A stretch of 64,000 nucleotides of DNA from sequence record HM114315.1, one strand, 5' to 3'. Position 1 is the stretch's first letter; each line of letters opens with the position of its first letter. Below are positions 15,622 to 26,074 of this stretch, in pieces. Position numbers and translations under genes: made by a program. The notes beneath the pieces are model-generated. The model saw only the letters and a program-made list of their open reading frames with translations. It did no database searches and had not been told where the DNA came from. Origin of the DNA: Acinetobacter phage 133.

Positions 15622-18600
15622 CCGTTCAAGCACCTACAATAACCAGTTTAACTATTACTAAGTTATCTGCTAATGATGTACAGATTCGCTGGGACAATGT
15701 GGGTTCTAACTTTTTCTACTTAGTTGAGGTCACTGAAACACGTGACCCTCTAACAGGGATTAGCTGGAATCAACTCCCGTACACAACAGAGGCAGAATAT
15801 TTTTATTCTCAGCTCAAACCAAATACATATTATAAAATGCGTGTCGGAGTTACTGCTGAAGGGTTTACTCCTTCTGAATGGGTTGAAACTGAGGAGTTTC
15901 AGTCATTCACTCAAAATGCTTATACTTTTGAAACCATGGGTGAACTCAATTTAATTACTAAGTTCATTCAAGAAAAATTTGTAAAAAATAACCAGTCATA
16001 CGTTGATTTTAACAGTGATGTGGTATACGCGGCTTTAATGGGGGAATCATTCCAGTACAGCCCTCACTACGAAGACATTAGCAGTATTCAAAACCATATT
16101 CTTTTTGAAAACGAATATCATGAAATCCAAGAAGACATTCAAAAGGTTTGTACTGATATTGATCGAGTTTACTTAATGGAGTCCAATGGCATTCTATATC
16201 TGTTTGAACGATATCAACCAATTGTTAAAGTGTCAAATGACAAAGGTCAAAACTGGAAAGCTGTTAAATTACTGAATGATCGTGTTGGATATCCATTGTC
16301 TCGTACTGTTTTCTATCAAACATCCACAACCACATATTTGTTGGGGCTAGACCGCATTTTCTATGGTCGACAATCAACTGATGTTCGCTGGTCCGCGGAT
16401 GATGTTAAGTTTAGTTCACAAGATGTAACTTTCGCAAAAGTCGGTGATCAACTTAATCTTGGGTATGACGTTGAGTTATTCAGCTCATATGCTCGATTGC
16501 CAGCGGCTTTATCAAAGATAACAGAATCCATTGCATCAACTGAAGAATACGTATATGTGGTGGCTCGCGATAAAGTACAACGAATTAAAACGCAAAACGC
16601 ACCAACTGATACAGATCCTTTGTCTCCTACGTTCGGTGAAAAGTTGTTTGATTCTTGGACATCAAATATTACCGGTAGCCCCAAAGCAGTTTGTTATAAG
16701 TTGGATGCGGTTGATGGTGAAGTATTTGCTTTAATCACTGGTGAGGTCGCGCAGGTGGGGTTTGATCCTCGTACTAGCGAAATACTCGACTCTGATCTAA
16801 AAGGAGTGTACAGGCTCACTGGTGACACATGGACGCGTATATTCGGCAATACAGAAGAAGAACGTTATCGTATTGAAGTTGGTTATACTTCAATGTCTAC
16901 AGATGGTAATGAATTATTCATTAGTTCAAGTAATCATCGATTAACCGATGAATTTATTGTACCTGATCCGGAATTGTCTCAAAAATATCCAGATGTACAG
17001 GCTGCAGTTAAATCTGAATTTGATCAACAATATGTACATGACAAACACTATCTAATGATGTCATTCCGCACCGGTGAAGCTCTTGGATGGGCTGAAATGA
17101 AACCTGGTCGCATGAAATATTATGCCGAGCCATTCTTTTCATATTGTAAAAAATCAAGCACTCGATGCTGGATTACTAACTCAAATCGTGTACTGGTAGT
17201 TTACAATGATATTACTCATGCCTATCCTATTGATACATTTGGAGAGCGTAGCCCGAATCGAGTAATGAAAGAAACGTGGAAAAAAGGTACCTTTACTGCG
17301 ATTAGCCCGAATATTGAGTTTAATAACTTCAATCGGTACGCAGCTGGGGTTATATTCTATAAGTCAAGTGGTGAATTAATAGCATATTATGAGTTTAATT
17401 ATCGGGTACGGGATGATGTGCGTATTGTATGGAAGCCGACCAATGTGTTTTTTTCGGCCTACTTGCAGAACCAAACACGTGAAGACCCATGGGTGCCTGA
17501 TGTTAATCCAAACCGAGTTGATCCAGATTTAAGACCACTCTTGAACAAAATTATTCCTGATTCGTATCTTCTGGAAGATTCTAATTTTGAAAAATTCTGC
17601 GAGTATTACTTGCAGTATATCAGTACGGGTTATGGTACACAATATAACAACCTTTTGAACTTGATTCGTAACAAATATCCTAAAGAAGAACATTCTTGGG
17701 AATACATGTGGGGTGAAGTATACAAACGTAATTTGTATTTGGACCGCGAAAAACGTGATTATGTGGCTCGATTCTTTGAGACCCGTAAGTCTGATTTTTA
17801 TTCTACTAAAGGTATTGAAGCGAGCTATAAATTTTTGTTCCGGTTATTGTACAATGAAGATGTTGAAATCGATATCGAGTCTAACTCAGGTACAGAATAC
17901 GACATCATTGTTGAATCGGATAACATCAATGAAGGTATTGTGGGCCAAACCATTTATACTGAATCTGGTCGATGTAATGTAACATACATGCAGCGCAACT
18001 ATGTAAAGGGTAAGCTTCAATGGCGTATCACTATTCATAATATGTTGGGTCGTTTTTTGGTTGGTCAAGAAGTTAAAGCAGAGCGTTCGACGTTCGAAGG
18101 AACTATTGTTCAAGGTGTTCGCGGCAAGGATCTTATGACCAATAATATTGATTATATCAATCGTAGCCGGTCATATTACGTTATGAAAATTAAGTCAACT
18201 TTGCCGACTTCACGTTACCGTGAGGATATCCTTCGCTTTGTACATCCAGTTGGTTTTGGATTTGTTGGTATCACATTATTGACAATGTTCATTAATGCTG
18301 GACTTTCTCTAAAACATGTCGAAACTGTGATAAATAAGTACAAGACGTATCGTTGGGACGCGGGTTTACCATCGGTTTGGCCTGATCGAGTGGCAGTATT
18401 GAATGCACAAGATAAAATTGAAACTGACAGCATTACCGGGGAGCCTGTGTACGCACAGCATTCAAATGCGGGTCAGCCTTTCCCATTACCGCCAAACTAT
18501 GATGCTGAAAACAATAATTCAATTATCGGTGGTCAAACTCCGGGAGAACGTCGTAAACCGATGAGCCCGACATTTGACCAAACTGCTGTTACTTTCTCTA

Positions 18601-18692
18601 AGTTCCGTGCTTTGGTTGACGAACGATTGAAAGAAAATGTCGGCAACCCCCGCGATCCAGTTGATCCGACTCTTATTAATATTGGAGATTAA
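15618..18692 (+). CDS. 7: gp7 baseplate wedge initiator
   Basis: 1024 aa versus 1032 in T4. Coupled to gp6. Confidence 0.8.
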   Translation: MTVQAPTITSLTITKLSANDVQIRWDNVGSNFFYLVEVTETRDPLTGISWNQLPYTTEAEYFYSQLKPNTYYKMRVGVTAEGFTPSEWVETEEFQSFTQNAYTFETMGELNLITKFIQEKFVKNNQSYVDFNSDVVYAALMGESFQYSPHYEDISSIQNHILFENEYHEIQEDIQKVCTDIDRVYLMESNGILYLFERYQPIVKVSNDKGQNWKAVKLLNDRVGYPLSRTVFYQTSTTTYLLGLDRIFYGRQSTDVRWSADDVKFSSQDVTFAKVGDQLNLGYDVELFSSYARLPAALSKITESIASTEEYVYVVARDKVQRIKTQNAPTDTDPLSPTFGEKLFDSWTSNITGSPKAVCYKLDAVDGEVFALITGEVAQVGFDPRTSEILDSDLKGVYRLTGDTWTRIFGNTEEERYRIEVGYTSMSTDGNELFISSSNHRLTDEFIVPDPELSQKYPDVQAAVKSEFDQQYVHDKHYLMMSFRTGEALGWAEMKPGRMKYYAEPFFSYCKKSSTRCWITNSNRVLVVYNDITHAYPIDTFGERSPNRVMKETWKKGTFTAISPNIEFNNFNRYAAGVIFYKSSGELIAYYEFNYRVRDDVRIVWKPTNVFFSAYLQNQTREDPWVPDVNPNRVDPDLRPLLNKIIPDSYLLEDSNFEKFCEYYLQYISTGYGTQYNNLLNLIRNKYPKEEHSWEYMWGEVYKRNLYLDREKRDYVARFFETRKSDFYSTKGIEASYKFLFRLLYNEDVEIDIESNSGTEYDIIVESDNINEGIVGQTIYTESGRCNVTYMQRNYVKGKLQWRITIHNMLGRFLVGQEVKAERSTFEGTIVQGVRGKDLMTNNIDYINRSRSYYVMKIKSTLPTSRYREDILRFVHPVGFGFVGITLLTMFINAGLSLKHVETVINKYKTYRWDAGLPSVWPDRVAVLNAQDKIETDSITGEPVYAQHSNAGQPFPLPPNYDAENNNSIIGGQTPGERRKPMSPTFDQTAVTFSKFRALVDERLKENVGNPRDPVDPTLINIGD

Positions 18693-18693
18693 A

Positions 18694-19698
18694 ATGGCTG
18701 TAACAAGCTCAATTTACCGTGCGATTATTACTTCAAAGTTTCGCACGGAAAAGATGCATAATTTTTACCTAACTGTGGGCGACACAGAGGGTCTAAATTC
18801 ATTGTTTCTCACATTCGGCCGTGACACTCCATGGGCAGTGAATGAAAAAGATCCTGGGTTTGCTCCGCCGTATCCGGTGGACAACCCTCAAGGGGTGATG
18901 AATGTATGGTCCGATATGCTTGGTTGTGTAAAAATCAAGCAATCTTATTTGGACGCCGTTGTGCCTCGTAAGGATTGGGGCGATGTTCGTTATCCCAATT
19001 CTCGTACGTTCTTGGTGGGTGAAATTGTAGTAACCAATACCGCACCGTTTAACCGGGCACCTGGTGCGGCAGGATGGATGGTCTACAAAGTAGTTGACGT
19101 GCCTTCGCAGGGTGAGTGTTCAATCTCAACTATTTCTGGTAAAGAGGAATGTGTAAAACTTGGTGGGAAATGGACTCCAAGTGTAGAATCATTTATTATT
19201 CCTACTGGTACCGGTGACTCAGAGGGTTTAATAGACACAGGGGATGGATACGTATGGGAATATTTGTATGAAATTCCGGCCGATGTGTCGATTAACCGAT
19301 GCACAAATGAGTATATTGCTGTGCCTTGGCCTGACGAGTTAAAGGCAGATCCTGTGCGTTGGGGATATCAAAATAATTTGACTTGGCAACAAGATGATTA
19401 TGGATTGATCTTCCGAATTAAAGCAACTCAGATTCGGTTTAAAGCATATTTTGATTCTGTATATTTCCCAGAGGCCTCTGTTTTGGGTAACACTGGATTC
19501 CGTCAGATTAGCATTATTGTTAATCCGCTAGAGAAGAAAACTAAGCCAACCAACACAAACATAGTGGCTCGTAAAGATAACTATTTGGCGTCTGGGTTGG
19601 AACGACACTCAGGAGAGATGATCTATATTGAAAATCATCCACCAATTATCCGTGCTGTTGACCAGACGGAGGAAATAAATATCGTATTTAATTTCTAA
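18694..19698 (+). CDS. 8: gp8 baseplate wedge
   Basis: The true start is MAVTSSIYRAIITSKFRTEKM, which matches recalled T4 gp8 (MNDSSVIYRAIVTSKFRTEKM). This gives 334 aa. The ORF-track start at 18637 is an in-frame upstream extension. Confidence 0.85.
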   Translation: MAVTSSIYRAIITSKFRTEKMHNFYLTVGDTEGLNSLFLTFGRDTPWAVNEKDPGFAPPYPVDNPQGVMNVWSDMLGCVKIKQSYLDAVVPRKDWGDVRYPNSRTFLVGEIVVTNTAPFNRAPGAAGWMVYKVVDVPSQGECSISTISGKEECVKLGGKWTPSVESFIIPTGTGDSEGLIDTGDGYVWEYLYEIPADVSINRCTNEYIAVPWPDELKADPVRWGYQNNLTWQQDDYGLIFRIKATQIRFKAYFDSVYFPEASVLGNTGFRQISIIVNPLEKKTKPTNTNIVARKDNYLASGLERHSGEMIYIENHPPIIRAVDQTEEINIVFNF

Positions 19699-19699
19699 T

Positions 19700-19733
19700 A
19701 AAAAGGGCCTCTAAAAATGAGGCCCTTTTTATT
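19700..19733. terminator. bidirectional intrinsic terminator
   Basis: aaaaagggcctctaaaaatgaggcccttttta: a GC hairpin with A/T runs on both sides, serving gp8 on the plus strand and the embedded small gene on the minus strand. Confidence 0.6.
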
Positions 19734-19983
19734 AGAAAATTGCTTTGTATTTCATTTCATCATTTGCCACATTCATGATCATCATAAACACTTTGGCTTG
19801 ATCGTCAACACAGAAATTGTTTTTAATTGTTTCTCGTAATGAACCTGGTGTACATACCAGCTTGCTATTGAGTTTACGATCAATATCAAAATTGATATCT
19901 TGGAACTGATTGTTGACTTCAATCTGAACCGCATCCCCCAAAGAGTTTTTAAATGTAATAACTGAACTAATCATTTTTGCCAT
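19732..19983 (-). CDS. hypothetical small early protein embedded antisense in the late baseplate operon
   Basis: ORF with likely start at MAKMISSV. Has its own early-type promoter upstream and a terminator downstream. T4 has nothing between genes 8 and 9. Confidence 0.45.
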   Translation of the reverse strand: MAKMISSVITFKNSLGDAVQIEVNNQFQDINFDIDRKLNSKLVCTPGSLRETIKNNFCVDDQAKVFMMIMNVANDEMKYKAIF

Positions 19984-20003
19984 CCAAGTAGTTGATGAAT
20001 ACA

Positions 20004-20033
20004 ATAATAGTCCAGTTCAACAAGAATGTAAAC
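20004..20033 (-). promoter_or_regulatory. T4-type early promoter (GTTTAC-N18-TATTAT) for the 19732-19983 gene
   Basis: Read on the minus strand: gtttacattcttgttgaactggactattat. Confidence 0.4.
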
Positions 20034-20039
20034 ATAAAC

Positions 20040-20047
20040 TATAAATA
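20040..20047 (+). promoter_or_regulatory. late promoter TATAAATA for gp9
   Basis: Exact TATAAATA 24 nt upstream of the gp9 ATG. Confidence 0.55.
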
Positions 20048-20070
20048 ATTATAAATTAGCGAGGTTTCTC

Positions 20071-20934
20071 ATGTACGCACAAGTCGGAAAACAGAAAGTA
20101 GATATTGGCCAGATTGGTAACCCGTCAACTGGTGATATTTTATATGACGGCGGTGACAAAATTAATATAAACGGAGACGCGATCTTTAATACATTTGGTG
20201 ATCAACGTCTATATAGCCAAGGTATTGCAGAGGGCAATCAAGTTCTACATGCAACTGGGTATTATCAAAAGGCTACTCAATTGGATTTTCGTACTCCCGT
20301 TGCACTGGGCTCTATGTTTGATGTCGATACTACATCAGGATCAGTCAATCCTATTTTGGACGAAGGTAAACGAGGTGAAGGGGTAGTTTTTGTCAACTTT
20401 AATGGATCGCTTAGTGTTAATCGTCCAATGATTATCCAAGCGTCGGGCGGAGGGTCATTCGTAGGTGTTCAAGGCGCATTGTCTGTTACTGCCCCCTTTT
20501 CGCGAGTAGAGTGTTGGTGTATTGATGATACAGGTGGGGTGCCTATCTGGAATTATAAAATTACATCATTGTTTGGCACCGATCAGTCCCCAGTTGATAA
20601 AACATATGCTTTGACGGCAATACCTACAAATATTCAGCTATCACATTTATCTGAATTCCAATCGATGAAGGTCCTATTAACTGCTACTAATCAAAATAGT
20701 TCAAAAATGCGCAGCTCGGAGGCCAACCTATTAATTGACTCTGTAAATAAAAAAGTACATACAACAGAGTTTGCCGTATTACAAACTGGCTTCACTGAAG
20801 GCCAAGCAGAACTATTTAATTTTGAATTCACCATTGACGTACAAGGATACGTTAGCCTAACCGCAAAAACCACTTATTCTAATGTGAGGCTTGCAGTTAA
20901 GGTCATAACAACACAAAAAATCGGAGCTGCATAA
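20071..20934 (+). CDS. 9: gp9 baseplate wedge tail-fiber connector
   Basis: 287 aa versus 288 in T4. Correct position. Confidence 0.75.
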   Translation: MYAQVGKQKVDIGQIGNPSTGDILYDGGDKININGDAIFNTFGDQRLYSQGIAEGNQVLHATGYYQKATQLDFRTPVALGSMFDVDTTSGSVNPILDEGKRGEGVVFVNFNGSLSVNRPMIIQASGGGSFVGVQGALSVTAPFSRVECWCIDDTGGVPIWNYKITSLFGTDQSPVDKTYALTAIPTNIQLSHLSEFQSMKVLLTATNQNSSKMRSSEANLLIDSVNKKVHTTEFAVLQTGFTEGQAELFNFEFTIDVQGYVSLTAKTTYSNVRLAVKVITTQKIGAA

Positions 20935-22736
20935 TGTTACAGGTTTTAGAAATTGGACAAACCGTTGACGACGGCACCGGAGATTATTTAAATCTAGGTG
21001 GCCGCAAAATCAAAGCTAACTTTGCCGAAGTATATGGCGACCTAGGTGATGGCAAAAATTTGTTCCCGGCTGGTGCTTGGCGAACATTGTCGGCTCCAAT
21101 GGTCAATACTGTTTTTGGTGGAGCCTTCATTTTAAATACAACCACCAATCGAATCGTAGTTAATTTACCAAAGGGTACTGCTGCAGATTATGGTAAACCT
21201 ATCAAATTGCGTGACACATACGCAACATGGCGGACTAATAATGTCACAGTGGTGCCTGCGGTAGGCGACACCATTAAAGGTAATTCAACACCTGTAGTTT
21301 TTTCAAATAATTACGCAGATCTAGAGCTTGTATATTGTGCTCCAGGTCGATGGGAATATAAGGCGAATACTCAAGTTGACCGTATTACATCATCAGATCT
21401 TTCTGCTGTAGCCCGTAAAGAATTCCTTGCTACCGCAGGCCAGACTGATTTCCTGGATATTTTTAACGGTCAAGAATATAATAAAGCAAACGTTGAAGTA
21501 TACCACCGAGGTAACTTGCTTTATTATGGAGATTCATTTAATGATAATTCGGACTTTGGTTCTGCTGGTACTGCTCCTACTGATTTGGTTGAATTGGATG
21601 GTAAAGGTATTCGTCTCCGCCGACCTTGTGTCGAAGGTGATTCTGTCATTATTATTTCTTATATTGATGGGCTTACTCAATGGCGTTCAACGTATAACCG
21701 CCTTGAACTTCGTGTACTTGATGAGAAGCTTACTAATGAAAAGACCTTAAAGGGGTCTGTATTTGTGGGGGATCTAAGCGTCATTCAGTCATTATCTATC
21801 AATGATTTTGGATACGATGTTTCGGCCGGTCTTATCAACCCAAACACATTTGAGGTACATCTTAATGGTGTATTCCAAACTGAAGCCGGTACTGGTGGTC
21901 TTCCTGCTGCGATCTGTGATGGGGCTGAAGCTGAAAACATGGCGGATTGCATTGCATCAGGTGGCAGTTGGGTCAAGTCAAGTGTTGATTATTCATATAC
22001 TCAAGACACATCAGGCAATATTGACCAAATCACATTTGGTAAACCTCTTGAACATGGGGACGTTATTACACTGAAATGGTTTAATAATAATATTGGCACC
22101 ACTTTAAGTATGGATGAAATTACGGATGAAACGGATGATCGTTACATTACCGCAGCCCGTGAAGTTCAAATTACTGGCGCTGTGCGAGTAACTGATTTTG
22201 ATAATCCTACTTGGCCTAATGTTGAGATGGTGCCTGAGTACACGTTGGATGTTAATAATGTCGTGTCATTGTTTGATATCCAATACCCGGTAGGATCAAA
22301 ATATGAAAACTTTATTAACCCTAACAACCCAGCTACATATAATGGTGGCTTTGGTATGTGGAAACTTTGGGGCGTAAGCCGAGTTTTGGTAGGTTGGAAT
22401 CCAGATGATTCCGATGCAATGTTTAACCAGAATAATAATGACCTCGATGCGCTTGGCAATCCAAGTAAACGAGCGGGTGGTACCGGTGGTACTCGTACCA
22501 ATACATTGACAAATGAAAATCTTCCGGTGACCCAAACCGATGAAAAAGTTTTGGTTTCTGATGTTAATGGCGGTGTAATAATTGGTGGATGTCAATTTGA
22601 TCCTGACGAACAAGGTCCAGCATACCAAAAGTATCGTGAAGACTACGCCATTACAAATAAAACCCATACGCCTCCTGTGGCTATTTCAAATGTCCAGGAA
22701 TACATGACCGTATATCGTTGGATAAGGATCGCATAA
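20934..22736 (+). CDS. 10: gp10 baseplate wedge subunit / tail pin
   Basis: 600 aa versus 602 in T4. ATG overlaps the gp9 stop. Confidence 0.75.
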   Translation: MLQVLEIGQTVDDGTGDYLNLGGRKIKANFAEVYGDLGDGKNLFPAGAWRTLSAPMVNTVFGGAFILNTTTNRIVVNLPKGTAADYGKPIKLRDTYATWRTNNVTVVPAVGDTIKGNSTPVVFSNNYADLELVYCAPGRWEYKANTQVDRITSSDLSAVARKEFLATAGQTDFLDIFNGQEYNKANVEVYHRGNLLYYGDSFNDNSDFGSAGTAPTDLVELDGKGIRLRRPCVEGDSVIIISYIDGLTQWRSTYNRLELRVLDEKLTNEKTLKGSVFVGDLSVIQSLSINDFGYDVSAGLINPNTFEVHLNGVFQTEAGTGGLPAAICDGAEAENMADCIASGGSWVKSSVDYSYTQDTSGNIDQITFGKPLEHGDVITLKWFNNNIGTTLSMDEITDETDDRYITAAREVQITGAVRVTDFDNPTWPNVEMVPEYTLDVNNVVSLFDIQYPVGSKYENFINPNNPATYNGGFGMWKLWGVSRVLVGWNPDDSDAMFNQNNNDLDALGNPSKRAGGTGGTRTNTLTNENLPVTQTDEKVLVSDVNGGVIIGGCQFDPDEQGPAYQKYREDYAITNKTHTPPVAISNVQEYMTVYRWIRIA

Positions 22737-23386
22737 TGAATAGTAAAACTTTAAATCTAGCTCACAATTTTAGTCGCAACAGTGGGTTCCATGAATTTGA
22801 TATTGGTACGGACATTATGATTGGCAATAACTTGCCAATCGGATCCCTTAGTATTGATCAAACAATAAAGGGTGTCACGTATCCTAACGTCCAAGATGCG
22901 ATTAAAGACTTACAATCTCTTTATGAGCTACCAATAAATTCTGTTGTGATAAACACTGATGGTATTGAGCCGGGTTCAGTGTCGCAAGTTGATGTATATA
23001 AGTTCAGTGGAGTGGTTTCATCAGATATCCATAACCTTGGCGATCCAGTAGTTCTAAATGTATTTGGATTTCCTGTGGATGTATTAGTCGGAGACACTTC
23101 TGATGAAGTAAGTACCAAGGCCAAGGTTGTTTTGGATAGTGCAGCATTTAATAACATTGTATTTCGCAATATTGCTGCTCCAATTACATCAGAGCTTCAA
23201 GTAACATATATTGATCAAAAAACTCACATTTTGCCATCTTATACCAATATGGGCATCAAAATTGAACAAGTGATCACTTCCCCTTCGCGCCCAGGCTATG
23301 GATCATGGACTAAAATTGGTACTGCCGATCTTGTTTTGTCTGGCCAACCAAATACCACAGTATTTTATTTTAAGCGAGTTAGTTAA
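22736..23386 (+). CDS. 11: gp11 baseplate wedge / short-tail-fibre attachment
   Basis: Start adjusted to MNSKTL, overlapping the gp10 stop (TAATG). About 216 aa versus 219 in T4. Confidence 0.7.
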   Translation: MNSKTLNLAHNFSRNSGFHEFDIGTDIMIGNNLPIGSLSIDQTIKGVTYPNVQDAIKDLQSLYELPINSVVINTDGIEPGSVSQVDVYKFSGVVSSDIHNLGDPVVLNVFGFPVDVLVGDTSDEVSTKAKVVLDSAAFNNIVFRNIAAPITSELQVTYIDQKTHILPSYTNMGIKIEQVITSPSRPGYGSWTKIGTADLVLSGQPNTTVFYFKRVS

Positions 23387-24867
23387 TGTCAAATAATACA
23401 TATAAGCACACTTCTGACAGTGCACGGTATAAGGATTTTGATCCAGCAGGCACCGCGTTTCCTTCGACTGTGACTGATGTACAATCTGCCCTTGCAATGG
23501 CGGGGCCTTCTGTCCCTGCCTCTGAATCTGTATCAGGTCGTATTCAAATTGCGACTCTTGCCGAAGTTGACGCGGGTACAGATAACACAAAAGCCATAAC
23601 GCCGAAAACACTTGAATACCGAATGCAACGACCTGAGGCGACGACTACCGTTCGTGGTGTTATTCGTATTGGTACTACAAGTGAAGTACAGGCCGGCACT
23701 ATTAATAATGTGGTAGTGACTCCCGCAAGTTTATCGGGGTATTTTGCATTCCGTACTGCAACAGAAACTAGAAACGGTACTATTCGTATATCTAATACAG
23801 CTATGGCAATAGCGGGCACCGATGATACTACGGCCATGAGTCCGCTAAAGGTCAAGCAAGCTATTGCATCGGCGACAGCTCAGATCCCATCTTATGCTCC
23901 GGCTACTGAAACCACGCAAGGCACAGTCAAACTATCCACCTTAGGCCAACTTGAACAAGGACTACTTCGCGAAGGCGTAGCAGTGTCCCCATATTCATTG
24001 TCACAGTTGACCGGTAATTTAACCCGTCGAGGCATAGTTCGCGCAGCAACATCGGCTCAAGCTAACACTGGCACAGATGACAGTTTATACATCAGCGCTA
24101 AAGGGTTTAAAGAGTATGTGGCTAGTGCAACCCAAGTTGGTACTGTAAAATTAACCGATTCTGTTAAAACCGGTGCAGGCTTAGCTTTAAGTGGGAATGC
24201 TAAAGTTCTTGCATTAGATGGCACTTCTCAATCAGTCGCAGGTACTGTCAATTTTACAGGCACGCCACAACACAACGGATCCGATTTAGCGTCAGAAAAG
24301 TATGTAGATGACACTGTTATGGTCGGTTCAATGATGATGTTTTTTGGCTCGGCTATTGAGGGTGATCTATGGCAATTTGCTGATGGCGGTGCAATGTCAA
24401 AAGCCGCATATCCGAAACTATTTGCTCTATTAGGGTACAAATTTGGCGGAGCGGGTGATGTTTTTTATAAGCCCGATATGCGAGGACTATTTGCCCGCGG
24501 CGCCGGTGTAGGTAAAGACATCTTGGCGGCTCGTGGAGTAGACTTAAAAAATAAACCTCTCCTGGGTAATGACGTTTCTGGTGGCGATGTTGGCGAGGTG
24601 CAAAAACAACAATCTAGAACACATAAACACGTTGTTCCATGGGGTGAGTCATATGGGAATTCGTCATTTGGGCAAACTGCAACCCGACACTATGTAGGTT
24701 CGGGTAAATCAGACAGCAATAATCCTCGATTCTTTACAAACGAAGGTTTAGAAGTTGATGCCGAAGCACAGCGAGGCGATTACAATACATTGAATACCAT
24801 TGAATCTATGGGTCCTGAGACTCGTCCTTGGAATATGTCCGTTAACTATATTATAAAGGTGAAATAA
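23386..24867 (+). CDS. 12: gp12 short tail fibre
   Basis: 493 aa with repetitive Thr/Ala/Gly-rich beta-helix-like repeats. Position matches T4 gene 12. Confidence 0.75.
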   Translation: MSNNTYKHTSDSARYKDFDPAGTAFPSTVTDVQSALAMAGPSVPASESVSGRIQIATLAEVDAGTDNTKAITPKTLEYRMQRPEATTTVRGVIRIGTTSEVQAGTINNVVVTPASLSGYFAFRTATETRNGTIRISNTAMAIAGTDDTTAMSPLKVKQAIASATAQIPSYAPATETTQGTVKLSTLGQLEQGLLREGVAVSPYSLSQLTGNLTRRGIVRAATSAQANTGTDDSLYISAKGFKEYVASATQVGTVKLTDSVKTGAGLALSGNAKVLALDGTSQSVAGTVNFTGTPQHNGSDLASEKYVDDTVMVGSMMMFFGSAIEGDLWQFADGGAMSKAAYPKLFALLGYKFGGAGDVFYKPDMRGLFARGAGVGKDILAARGVDLKNKPLLGNDVSGGDVGEVQKQQSRTHKHVVPWGESYGNSSFGQTATRHYVGSGKSDSNNPRFFTNEGLEVDAEAQRGDYNTLNTIESMGPETRPWNMSVNYIIKVK

Positions 24868-26058
24868 ATGTTACCACACGTAGACGGGCTGCCAGTCGGC
24901 CCAGAACAAACTCGCATTAACTGGATTAAAAATGGTGACTTTTTAGAAGGAGCCAAAACTAGTTTAACCAATGAAGGCAATTTGAATGCAGCCGGTGTTC
25001 AATTGCAGCAGAATATTGTGTACCTACACACTCGCATGGAATTGGAGGGTACCTCATTTGGTTCTCGATTAACTCATCTTGAAAACATTGTGGATGAATC
25101 GTTATCGTTAAACGTAGTTGAGACGCTTAATCGCCATACTGTTGAAATTGAGACCTTGAATAACACCCAAACCGTTCAAGACAATCAAATCAGCTTAAAT
25201 CGTATTGATATCGATAAACATACCGAAATGCTGGGTCTACCTACCAATAATCCTTCAGGTCGTAATATAACTGAAGATGTCCAATGGGTTAAAGTTGAAC
25301 TTGGCAATTATCCAGAACAAGATATTAATGGCATGCCAGAACCTGGGGCACTCTCAACAGGCCTTAAACGTCGTGTATTGGACAATACCGCACAGTCAGT
25401 ACAAAACCGCAATGACATTGCAACTATTCGACAGGAGATCAATGACGCTGATTTAGGCACGCTCAGAAATGATGTTGAAGACCTTCGTGATGATGTTGGT
25501 ACAAATACACAGAACAAGACCGTATTCAGTCAATTGGATGAGCATAGTATTAAACTGGCAGAAGACGCTCAATCAATCCTTAAAATTAAACAGGATATTG
25601 GAGCAGGCGACGGTTTAACCATTAATGAACGTATGGGGAACCAAGAGACTGCATTTGCTGACTTGAAACAGATTGTACAAGCCCCTGATACTGGGCTGGT
25701 CGATAAGGTTGTTGATGTGCAAGAGCAATCTGATTTAACTGACGTCAAAGTGCAAGAAAACAGCACTGAGATTGGCACCTTGAAAACCACAGTAGGTGAT
25801 TCTACTACAGGTCTAGTTAAAGACATGACAGATGTCAAAACCAAAATAGGATTTGGATCTAATCCATCTGTGGACAGTCTAGAATATCGTTTTAACGCGC
25901 TCCAAGCTCTCCAAAATGATACGTCTATACAATTACAGGACTTGCAGACGGAAGTCGGTACGGCGTCAACTGGGCTCACTGGGGATGTACGTCAACTACA
26001 AGCTCAACTACTTGCATTGACTGCTCGTGTTGAACAACTAGAACAGGCGGGGCCGTAA
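24868..26058 (+). CDS. wac: fibritin (whisker antigen control, wac)
   Basis: N-terminus LPHVDGLPVGPEQTRINWIKNGDF resembles the T4 Wac N-terminus. Long heptad coiled coil. The C-terminus shows no obvious foldon. Confidence 0.75.
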   Translation: MLPHVDGLPVGPEQTRINWIKNGDFLEGAKTSLTNEGNLNAAGVQLQQNIVYLHTRMELEGTSFGSRLTHLENIVDESLSLNVVETLNRHTVEIETLNNTQTVQDNQISLNRIDIDKHTEMLGLPTNNPSGRNITEDVQWVKVELGNYPEQDINGMPEPGALSTGLKRRVLDNTAQSVQNRNDIATIRQEINDADLGTLRNDVEDLRDDVGTNTQNKTVFSQLDEHSIKLAEDAQSILKIKQDIGAGDGLTINERMGNQETAFADLKQIVQAPDTGLVDKVVDVQEQSDLTDVKVQENSTEIGTLKTTVGDSTTGLVKDMTDVKTKIGFGSNPSVDSLEYRFNALQALQNDTSIQLQDLQTEVGTASTGLTGDVRQLQAQLLALTARVEQLEQAGP

Positions 26059-26074
26059 GGTCCCTGGAGATACC

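Noticed and set aside
21427-22667. Multiple overlapping 60-120-aa ORFs on both strands
   Set aside because: All lie inside gp10, which is strongly supported by synteny and size. Alternative frames have no start signals.
25308-25979. Minus-strand ORFs inside wac
   Set aside because: Antisense to the heptad-repeat coiled-coil coding sequence. No ribosome-binding site and no conservation expected.
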